DNA of 44,599 bases from Phycisphaerales bacterium. Its GTDB lineage: Bacteria; Planctomycetota; Phycisphaerae; Phycisphaerales; UBA1924. Location: positions 1 through 44,599 of the forward strand of contig WGEO01000154.1 in assembly GCA_015492715.1 (NCBI GenBank), read 5' to 3'. Positions 28,798-36,163 of this stretch are shown piece after piece. Every line of letters starts with the position of its first letter. Position 1 is the stretch's first letter. Made by a program: the position numbers and the translations under genes. The notes under the pieces are model-generated. The model did no database searches. It was given only the letters and a program-made list of their open reading frames with translations, and had not been told where the DNA came from.

Positions 28798-30288
28798 TCA
28801 GGCCGCCTTCGGGCGGAAGAGGCGTGTGGTGTTGCCGCCGGCCTTCTGGGCCGCCTGGGCTGCGCGGATCGCACCGGCGAGCATCTGCTCGCCCGAGGCA
28901 AAGGGTGTCTGCTCGCCGGCTCGAATGGCGGCCAGACCGATGCTGGCACCGAGCGGCGCTGCCCCCTCGGTGATCGAGGCCGCGGATTCCTCGAAGGCGG
29001 AGCGGAAAGTATCGGCATAAGAACGCACGACCGATGCATCGGTGCTGGCGACGACCACGCCGAAGACATCGTCGGCCAGACGCCCGAGCACACCCGCGAG
29101 CGGATCGAACTGTTCCCGGAGCAGACGCGTGGCCTCCATGGCGATCTCGCCATCGCTGCCTTCGCCGACGGCCCGGACGGCCTGGGTGAACCCGTCCAGC
29201 GAGATGATCACGACGACCAGCGCCTCGGACTTGGCCTTGGCGAAGGCGAACGCGCTGCGAATCACGGACTTGAACCCGTCGGCGTTGAATACGCCGGTCA
29301 GTTCATCGAGTTGACTCCGATCGATCGTGAGGGTGTCGCCGTCACGAATCGCCGCCGCGGTCGGGTCCTCATGCTCGATCGCATCCAGGCGTTCACTGGC
29401 GCGGTGGATGATCTCGTCGGCGTTCGAACTCGGTCCGGTGCTGATCTCGAAGAGCGAAGCGAGCTCGCCCGCGGCCTCGGAGGTCCGGCGAATGATCTCA
29501 TCGACCGCGTCGGTCCGCAGCCCGAACCACCTCTCGGATCGCTTGTAGGCGTCCTTCATCGGCTCGGCCGCGTTCTCCGCGGTCAGCACATCGTGGATGA
29601 GATTACCGATCGCCACGGCGCGGACGATCTCTGTCGTCGAGGGAGGAGCCGCTGTCGGTCGTTCGTGAAACTTGACGGGCGTCACCAACTGCTCCGGGAG
29701 TTTCCATCGCTCGCAGAGCATGGCACCGATGTCCGTGTGCTGGGTTTCGAAGTGCTCGAGTTCGAGCGAGGCGAGGCGTCGATGATCGCCCTCTGTCTGC
29801 GTGAGGATGGCCAGATACTTGTCGCCCAACACCCGATGGAGAGCCAGCATCCCGACATCCTGCAGCAGCCCACCCAGGAACGCCTCCTCGGCCTGATCCT
29901 TCTTGCCGACGGACTCGAGGAGTACCCGGGCGGCGATCCCGGTATACAGGCCCCGTCGCCAGTAGGCGTCGTAGTCGAACTTCGGGTCTTCGTTCTCCTT
30001 GATCGCGGTCACGAGCGAAAAACTCAGCGCGAGCGTCTTGACGGGCTTGAGGCCCATCAGCACGACCGCCCGCTTGATCGTGGAGACCGGCTCGCGAAGC
30101 CCGTAGAAACTCGAGTTGATCGTCCGCAGGATCTTTGCGGCAAGGCCCTGGTCGTTCGTGATGGTCCGGGCGAGCTCGTCCATCGAGACCTGTTCGTCGC
30201 TGGTGAGCTCGATAACCTGCGCGGCGATCGCCGGGAGCGAGGGCAGCTCCTTGCACTCCAGCACCTGCTCGATGAGCTCGCAGTTCAT
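28798..30288 (-). CDS. HDOD domain protein with a C-terminal degenerate GGDEF domain
   Basis: 496 aa from ATG 30288. The HDOD region is ...LPSLPAIAAQVIELTSDEQVSMDELARTITNDQGLAAKILRTINSSFYGL...IKRAVVLMG.... The C-terminal domain aligns to GGDEF, but the signature reads RLADDVF and DELTGVFNADGF replaces the LTGL.NRR pattern. Confidence 0.82.
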   Translation of the reverse strand: MNCELIEQVLECKELPSLPAIAAQVIELTSDEQVSMDELARTITNDQGLAAKILRTINSSFYGLREPVSTIKRAVVLMGLKPVKTLALSFSLVTAIKENEDPKFDYDAYWRRGLYTGIAARVLLESVGKKDQAEEAFLGGLLQDVGMLALHRVLGDKYLAILTQTEGDHRRLASLELEHFETQHTDIGAMLCERWKLPEQLVTPVKFHERPTAAPPSTTEIVRAVAIGNLIHDVLTAENAAEPMKDAYKRSERWFGLRTDAVDEIIRRTSEAAGELASLFEISTGPSSNADEIIHRASERLDAIEHEDPTAAAIRDGDTLTIDRSQLDELTGVFNADGFKSVIRSAFAFAKAKSEALVVVIISLDGFTQAVRAVGEGSDGEIAMEATRLLREQFDPLAGVLGRLADDVFGVVVASTDASVVRSYADTFRSAFEESAASITEGAAPLGASIGLAAIRAGEQTPFASGEQMLAGAIRAAQAAQKAGGNTTRLFRPKAA

Positions 30289-30397
30289 CCCGATCGTCCC
30301 GAGGGTCGGAGCCGGCACTCCGCCCCTCCGACTATCGACGGGAATCCCAGTACCCTTGACGCCTTCAGGAACCGCCGACAAAACTAGGGAAAGCCTC

Positions 30398-31198
30398 CTA
30401 GGTCGATCGTACAGCCCATGCGTAATAACCCTCCCATGACCGGAGATCGAATCCCAGGATGCTCCGGATCGCTTCATGAAGCAGTCCGCTCGCGCGTCCA
30501 AGGATCTCCCTCGCCGGCGGGAGGGGTTCGCCCCGGTTCAGGATCCGCAGCGCATCGAGGGTCGATCGTCGAACGCCGAATGCGATCTCATGGTCCGGCG
30601 GTGCGGTCGTGAAGCCTCCTTTGGCGGGGAGGAATGAGACGACCTGCGACGGTCTCAGCGGGGTGTGTGTCATGACATCCTCGTCAAGTTCCAGTCGATG
30701 TCCCATGGCACAGAGCACAACCCACTGCGTGCGAAGGACCTCCGTCATCGGGTCCGCCGGAGCATCGATGGCGTCGAGCATGTCCACGAGACGGTGGTAG
30801 ATCTCCGGGTGCGGATCCTGTTCTCGCATGACGGCTCCGCACAACTCGGCGACATACATGGCCGCAAGCCAGCGTGGATACGAGGTCCGAAGCGCGGGCC
30901 AGGTCTTCCGGGGAGTCCAACTCGTCAGTGTGGCGAGGCGGGATTCCGGACGGGGAATCCAGAGCACCTCGCCTGCACTGAGCATCTCGAAGCCTCCGGC
31001 GAAACTTCCCTGCGGGCGACGGGCGCCCTTTGCCAAACCTCGTACGAGCCCGTGCTCACGCGTCAGAAGCGTGACGATCTGGCTCGTCTCGGACCAGTCG
31101 GACTCCCGGAGGCAGATGGCATGGTCTCGCAGGCGTGGCACCGATTCAAGAGCGTATCCTGTGCCCTCCCGGGGCGATGCCCGGCAGGAGTCTGCCAT
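30398..31198 (-). CDS. recO: DNA repair protein RecO
   Basis: It reads ...RDHAICLRESDWSETSQIVTLLTREHGLVRGLAKGARRPQGSFAGGFEMLS.... The ATG at 31198 shares a CATG with the divergent hotdog gene. An alternative in-frame GTG at 31141 would remove the overlap. Confidence 0.88.
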   Translation of the reverse strand: MADSCRASPREGTGYALESVPRLRDHAICLRESDWSETSQIVTLLTREHGLVRGLAKGARRPQGSFAGGFEMLSAGEVLWIPRPESRLATLTSWTPRKTWPALRTSYPRWLAAMYVAELCGAVMREQDPHPEIYHRLVDMLDAIDAPADPMTEVLRTQWVVLCAMGHRLELDEDVMTHTPLRPSQVVSFLPAKGGFTTAPPDHEIAFGVRRSTLDALRILNRGEPLPPAREILGRASGLLHEAIRSILGFDLRSWEGYYAWAVRST

Positions 31199-31616
31199 GC
31201 CATTTGCGTTTCTGGATCGTGTGATCGAGAGTGACGAGGACCGGCTCGTCGCTGTACGATCCCTGACAGCCGGCGAGGACTATCTGCGGGACCACTTCGA
31301 GGGGTTTCCCGTCATGCCGGGCGTGCTCATGGTCGAGACGATGGCCCAGGCCTGTCGCGAGTTGCTGGCCCGTCGCGGGCATGAAGGATGGGTTCTGGGT
31401 GAGGCACGCGGTGTGCGATTCAACAGCCTCGTCCGCCCGGGGCAGACCCTGCGTGTCGAGGTCCGCCTGCGGACGATGGACAGCGATCGGGCCGAGTTCC
31501 AGGGATCCGGGGAGGTGCTCGACCCGGGCACCGTGCAGGGGGCATCCGCGGTCACGGGGCGTCTCGTGCTTCGGCCCGTCCGTCTCGACAACGCCCCGTC
31601 GGCGGAGGCCCGCTAA
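31197..31616 (+). CDS. FabZ/FabA-like 3-hydroxyacyl-ACP dehydratase (hotdog fold)
   Basis: 139 aa from ATG 31197: MPFAFLDRVIESDE...YLRDHFEGFPVMPGVLMVETMAQA. This gives the FabZ signature with the catalytic His and Glu positions present. Confidence 0.85.
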   Translation: MPFAFLDRVIESDEDRLVAVRSLTAGEDYLRDHFEGFPVMPGVLMVETMAQACRELLARRGHEGWVLGEARGVRFNSLVRPGQTLRVEVRLRTMDSDRAEFQGSGEVLDPGTVQGASAVTGRLVLRPVRLDNAPSAEAR

Positions 31617-31661
31617 GATCCGCCCTTGCCCGAGAGAGCCGAGCAGCACGAAGAGGTGTCC

Positions 31662-32054
31662 ATGGAACGCGATGAGATCTTCCAGAAGGTCCGTGATGTG
31701 CTGGTGGAATCCCTGGCGCTGGATGAGGACGAAGTCCGCCCGGATGCGAAACTGACGACGGATCTGGGTGCGGAATCGATCGATTTTCTGGACATCAAGT
31801 TCCAGTTGGAGCAGGTGTTCGGATTCAAGATCGAGGACGGGGAGTTGTTCCCCGACAATGTGGCGCAGGACACCGAGTATGTGAGCGAGGGGCGCCTGAC
31901 GGAGAAGGGGCTGGCGGCGCTGCGTGAGCGTCTGCCGCACGCCGACTTCTCGGATCTCGAATCCGATCCCAAGGTCACGAAGGTTCCGGAGATCTTCACC
32001 GTGGACGCCATCGTGAAGTTCTGCGAGAACAAACTCGCCGCGCAGAGTGGGTAA
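31662..32054 (+). CDS. Acyl carrier protein with an insertion of about 45 aa
   Basis: 130 aa from ATG 31662, after AGAGG. The phosphopantetheine site DLGAESIDFLD is present. An extra segment lies between helix III and the terminal helix (...TVDAIVKFCENKL). Confidence 0.85.
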   Translation: MERDEIFQKVRDVLVESLALDEDEVRPDAKLTTDLGAESIDFLDIKFQLEQVFGFKIEDGELFPDNVAQDTEYVSEGRLTEKGLAALRERLPHADFSDLESDPKVTKVPEIFTVDAIVKFCENKLAAQSG

Positions 32055-32551
32055 TGCGCTGGCTCTGGATCGACCGGATCGTGGATCTGGCAGCGGGTGA
32101 GCGTCTGCGTGCGATCAAGCATGTCTCGCTCGCCGAGGAGCATCTGTTCGTGACGCCCGCGGGCGTGCCGGTGATGCCGGCCTCGCTGATCATCGAGGGC
32201 ATGGCCCAGACGGCGGGCCTGCTCGTCGGCCATGCCGGCGGGTTTCGCGAGAAGGTGCTGCTGGCCAAGATTCAGCGGGCCACGCTCGACCGGGAGGCCA
32301 CGCCCGGCTGCACGCTCATGTACGAGGCGACGCTGACTCGCATGGATCCGCAGGGGGCCTCGTGCAACGGAACCGTCCATCTGCGGGCCGATGACGAGTT
32401 CGTCCCGATCGGGACCGTGGACCTGCTGTTCACGCATCTGGACCACGCACGCAGCGACGAGGTGTTCGGCAACACGAACTTCGTCTTTGGCGAGTCCTTC
32501 CGGACACTGCTGCGTCTGAGCGGGATCGAGCCGCCAGAGGCGACGGCCTGA
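32054..32551 (+). CDS. Second FabA/FabZ-like hotdog-fold dehydratase
   Basis: 165 aa. Its ATG overlaps the ACP TAA stop as TAATG. It reads MRWLWIDRIVDL...HVSLAEEHLFVTPAGVPVMPASLIIEGMAQTAG, with His and Glu retained in a divergent context. Confidence 0.78.
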   Translation: MRWLWIDRIVDLAAGERLRAIKHVSLAEEHLFVTPAGVPVMPASLIIEGMAQTAGLLVGHAGGFREKVLLAKIQRATLDREATPGCTLMYEATLTRMDPQGASCNGTVHLRADDEFVPIGTVDLLFTHLDHARSDEVFGNTNFVFGESFRTLLRLSGIEPPEATA

Positions 32552-32598
32552 AGGGTTCCAGCCGCCGACGGTCCATGACTTGGCCATGCGCCGGCGGT

Positions 32599-33141
32599 CT
32601 ATCCGTTTCCCGCGAGCGTGGCGGCGTGGACCCGATGGTGGCTCGCGCCCTGCGGCGTGAGATCACTGCGAACCAGAACGATCTCACGCACCGCAAACGC
32701 GGGCACACACACCGGCCTGTCGAGGCGAGGATGGCTCCCCCGTCCCCGATATCGGCAGAGGGTCAGGTGCGGGCGGAATCGGTCGGCAGGATCGCGACGG
32801 GGACGGGAGGCCAGGCGGAGGGCGAGGCGTCGGCGGATCTCCAGCAGTGGCGGCGGGGCGTCGGTCTCACAGGCGATCAGACGGACAGGCCCCCGCTGTG
32901 GCAGCGTCACGAGGCGATGGGGTGCCAGTGAAAAAGCCCCCAGCCCCGCACATGCGCGATCGACACTCTCGCAGACCCGGTCCAGGTCCTGCCGACGCGT
33001 CGACCCGAGGAAAAGAACCGTCAGGTGGATCTGCTCGCGGGGCACCCGGCGACAGCCGTCCGTCTCGATCCCCTGCAGTTCAGCCGCAAGCGTGCGGACC
33101 GTCTGTGTCGGCGGATAGATCGCGACGAAGAGACGCAACAC
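32599..33141 (-). CDS. thpR: RNA 2',3'-cyclic phosphodiesterase (2H phosphoesterase, ThpR/LigT)
   Basis: 180 aa starting MLRLFVAIYPP.... It has the two HxT motifs, IHLTVLFLG and PHLTLCRY. Confidence 0.88.
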   Translation of the reverse strand: MLRLFVAIYPPTQTVRTLAAELQGIETDGCRRVPREQIHLTVLFLGSTRRQDLDRVCESVDRACAGLGAFSLAPHRLVTLPQRGPVRLIACETDAPPPLLEIRRRLALRLASRPRRDPADRFRPHLTLCRYRGRGSHPRLDRPVCVPAFAVREIVLVRSDLTPQGASHHRVHAATLAGNG

Positions 33142-33157
33142 AGGCCGAGGATACGCC

Positions 33158-33574
33158 TCAGGCGGCCTTTCTGCGTGCGGCCCCCTCGAGCATGGTCTGC
33201 GCGACGCGGTCCAGGGCCCGTCGCCAGGCCCCCTCGAACTCGGGCGTCCACGCGTCGCCCGCGACCTCGGCCAGGGTCATGAGCATGACATCACGCACGA
33301 CAGGGTAATGAGCCTCCTGGGCGCCGTAGCGGACATGACGCTCGCCCATGTCCATCAGCGCCCCTGTAAGTTCGTCGAGGCGGTCGGCATGCTTGACGAC
33401 GAGGGAGACGGCACTCAGCAGGTGGCGTTTCTGCTGCGTCATGTCATCGGGAAACAGAGGACGAACGCTCGGGGCCGTCGCAAAGAGGTTGTCGTAGAAG
33501 CGATCGATGATCGTCTCGGCCTGCGAGGCCACGGCGTCGAAACTCGTGCGGATCAGATCTGCGTCGCTGGTCAT
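33158..33574 (-). CDS. Single-domain globin (sensor/protoglobin-like)
   Basis: 138 aa from ATG 33574, after AAGGAG. It reads ...LIRTSFDAV...IIDRFYDNLFATAPSVRPLF...MGERHVRYGAQEAHYPVV.... Confidence 0.8.
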   Translation of the reverse strand: MTSDADLIRTSFDAVASQAETIIDRFYDNLFATAPSVRPLFPDDMTQQKRHLLSAVSLVVKHADRLDELTGALMDMGERHVRYGAQEAHYPVVRDVMLMTLAEVAGDAWTPEFEGAWRRALDRVAQTMLEGAARRKAA

Positions 33575-33652
33575 GGGAATGCTCCTTGCCTGACGCAGGA
33601 GGCATCGGATCAATGGGTGTCGAGATTGATGGTGATCCTGCGCGGGAATCGG

Positions 33653-34558
33653 TTATCGAACCTGGGCGGCGGCCTTGGGCACCATCTCACGAAGGTAGGC
33701 TCGGATGCCCTCATGCCCGCGATTCAGCGGAACGCCCAGCGAGCGGGCGGCATCCTTCGTGAAGATGTTTCGCGGCTCGGGCGGGCTCGATCGATCGATC
33801 TCGGCGTCGATCCCGAGGATCTCCGCGATCCAGTCGGCCCAGTCGCACCAGCGGGCGTAGCAGTCGGCGAGGTTGTAGACGCGTTCTTCAGGATCTCTTC
33901 CGACAAGGCGAGCGACGACCTCGGCCACATCGTCGACATGGACGAACTTGCCTCCGGCGGGACGGCTGTAGGCCCGTTCCCGGATGAGTCTTTCCACGAT
34001 GGGCCAGCCGATGCTTCGCTCTGGCTTCGGATCCATGCCGTAGACGGCGCAGGGACGGATGGTGCAGCAGTTTCGCCCGTGTGCGAAGACCTGCTCCCAG
34101 AGGTGATCCTCGGCCGCCGCCTTGCACGCGCCATACAGAGACGACGGGCGAAGAACATGCAGTTCGTCGATCAGGCCGTGCCCCGCCTCGTCGAACACCC
34201 GCGGATGCATGTCGTGATGGACGGCGACGGAGCTCATGTAGATGAACTGGCGCGGGGCGCTCGCGTGGAGCAGACGGATCGACGCGAGGAGATTCGATGC
34301 CAGATGGTGGTTCAGGTCGCCCCGCAGTGCCTCCCAGTCGAACGCGTTGTGGATGACACAATCCGCGCCGTCCAAGAGTGCCGGCCAGGCGTTCTCGTCG
34401 TCCTGCTCACCCTCGACGAAGCGATCGACCGAAGCCTCGATGTGATCGCGTCGGCTGGTGGGGCGCACGAGGGCCGTGATGGCATGCCCGTCCTGATGCA
34501 GCCTGCGGGCGATGACAGATCCCAGAAACCCGCTGGCACCGGTCAGTGCAACTCGCAT
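33653..34558 (-). CDS. NAD-dependent epimerase/dehydratase family protein (SDR)
   Basis: 301 aa. It has the Rossmann motif MRVALTGASGFLGSVIARRL and the catalytic YGACK. Confidence 0.88.
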   Translation of the reverse strand: MRVALTGASGFLGSVIARRLHQDGHAITALVRPTSRRDHIEASVDRFVEGEQDDENAWPALLDGADCVIHNAFDWEALRGDLNHHLASNLLASIRLLHASAPRQFIYMSSVAVHHDMHPRVFDEAGHGLIDELHVLRPSSLYGACKAAAEDHLWEQVFAHGRNCCTIRPCAVYGMDPKPERSIGWPIVERLIRERAYSRPAGGKFVHVDDVAEVVARLVGRDPEERVYNLADCYARWCDWADWIAEILGIDAEIDRSSPPEPRNIFTKDAARSLGVPLNRGHEGIRAYLREMVPKAAAQVR

Positions 34559-34609
34559 GCGGCAGCATATGCCTCCGGCGATGGGCGATCGCTCGACCGC
34601 AGCGGGCGA

Positions 34610-35581
34610 TCAGTAGTTCGGCGTCGGCGCGCGGTAGTCGTCCATGTTGATCGAGCGGAACCACTCGATCGTGCGCGCCAGCCCCTCTTGCAGTTTCACC
34701 TTCGGCGCCCACCCCAGCCGCTCACGCGCGAGGGTGATATCCGGACGGCGCTGCCTGGGATCGTCCGGTGGCAGGTCGGCGAACTCCAGACGCGATTGCC
34801 CCCCCACCATCTCGACCACATGCTCGGCCAGTTCGCGGATGGTGAACTCGTCGGGATTGCCCAGATTCACGGGACCCGGGAAGTCGTCGGGACCGTTCAT
34901 CATCGCGATGATGCCGTCGATCAGGTCATCGACATAGCAGAACGAGCGGGTCTGCGAGCCGTCGCCGAAGATGGTGATGGGCTCGCCCCGGAGGGCCTGC
35001 CGGATGAAGTTGCTCACGACGCGGCCGTCGAACGGGTGCATGCGCGGGCCGTAGGTATTGAAGATCCGCACAACACGGATGTTGACGCCGTTCATGCGGT
35101 GGTAGTCGAAGAAGAGCGTCTCGGCGGCACGCTTGCCCTCGTCGTAGCACGCGCGCGGCCCGATCGGATTGACATTGCCCCGGTAGGACTCGGGCTGGGG
35201 ATGGACATCCGGGTCGCCGTAGACCTCGCTCGTCGAGGCCTGGAGGATCTTGGCCCGGCACCGCTTGGCCATGCCCAGCATGTTGATCGCCCCCATCACG
35301 CTGGTCTTCATGGTCTTGATGGGGTTGTACTGGTAGTGTCCGGGGGCCGCCGGGCAGGCGAGGTTGTAGATCTCGTCGACCTCCAGCCATGTCGGGTGCG
35401 TTACATCATGGCGGATGAGCTCGAAGTTGGGGCGTGCGAGCAGGTGCTCGACATTGCTCTTCTGGCTCGTAAAGAAGTTGTCGAGGCAGATGACATCCTG
35501 TCCCTGATCGACGAGCCGCTCGCAGAGATGCGAGCCGAGAAACCCTGCACCGCCCGTCACCAGAATCCGCTTGATGCTCAC
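34610..35581 (-). CDS. uxs: UDP-glucuronate decarboxylase (UDP-xylose synthase-like SDR)
   Basis: 323 aa with ...[34 protein letters not shown]...NFELIRHDV, ...STSEVYGDP... and ...YDEGKR..E. Confidence 0.88.
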   Translation of the reverse strand: MSIKRILVTGGAGFLGSHLCERLVDQGQDVICLDNFFTSQKSNVEHLLARPNFELIRHDVTHPTWLEVDEIYNLACPAAPGHYQYNPIKTMKTSVMGAINMLGMAKRCRAKILQASTSEVYGDPDVHPQPESYRGNVNPIGPRACYDEGKRAAETLFFDYHRMNGVNIRVVRIFNTYGPRMHPFDGRVVSNFIRQALRGEPITIFGDGSQTRSFCYVDDLIDGIIAMMNGPDDFPGPVNLGNPDEFTIRELAEHVVEMVGGQSRLEFADLPPDDPRQRRPDITLARERLGWAPKVKLQEGLARTIEWFRSINMDDYRAPTPNY

Positions 35582-35602
35582 GAGACCTCCATGCCGCTGT
35601 CT

Positions 35603-36121
35603 TCAGTCCTCGGGTTTGTCCGGCAGGCGCAGGACCATGCCGATATCGAGATCGTCGGGTGATCGCAGGATATCGCGGTTGGCCTCGAAGATGAGGTCGG
35701 CGTAGACGATGCTCCCATACTCGCGCTGCGCGATCGCTCCCAGCGTGTCGCCGCGTCGGACCGTCCATGTCCGTACCGGCTCGGGCTCGGGCAACATAGT
35801 ACCGGGCGATTCGACGGAACGGATCGGATCGGTCGGTGTGGGACGGCTCGCACCTTTCGCATCTCGCTCATGGGGCAGGACACCGGAGGGCATCGTCGCT
35901 GCGCGTTCCGCGATACCGGACGCGGGGGCTGGATCGACAGGCGGGGGTGTCCAGTCGAATCGCTCCTCGGGTGGTGACGGAATGGCTTCGCGCGGGGCCG
36001 ACCATGCCTCGGCGTGCACCGCCGGCGGAGGCGTGCGCATCCAGTAGGCACCGATCCATACCACGATCAGCGCCGCCAGGGCGTTGATGGGTTGACGCGC
36101 AGCATCACTCATCGAGCCCAA
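35603..36121 (-). CDS. Membrane-anchored LysM domain protein
   Basis: 172 aa with an N-terminal TM segment (ALAALIVVWIGAYW), a Pro-rich linker and a C-terminal LysM domain (TWTVRRGDTLGAIAQREYGS...IFEANRDIL..PDDLDIGMVLRLP). Confidence 0.82.
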   Translation of the reverse strand: MGSMSDAARQPINALAALIVVWIGAYWMRTPPPAVHAEAWSAPREAIPSPPEERFDWTPPPVDPAPASGIAERAATMPSGVLPHERDAKGASRPTPTDPIRSVESPGTMLPEPEPVRTWTVRRGDTLGAIAQREYGSIVYADLIFEANRDILRSPDDLDIGMVLRLPDKPED

Positions 36122-36163
36122 GTCTATCGCGTGAGCCGAGCGACAGGGAACGAAGGCCCCGGA

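Noticed and set aside
32552-32598. A possible bidirectional terminator between the hotdog gene and thpR (CCGCCG...CGGCGG)
   Set aside because: It has only a 6-bp stem with a ~24-nt loop and no U-tract, which is too weak to call.
33308-35662. A 784-aa plus-strand ORF spanning three minus-strand genes (globin, epimerase, UDP-glucuronate decarboxylase)
   Set aside because: It lies antisense to three independently well-supported genes with clear family motifs. Its composition is Arg/Asp/His/Val-rich with no motifs. This is a typical stop-codon-poor shadow ORF of a high-GC genome.
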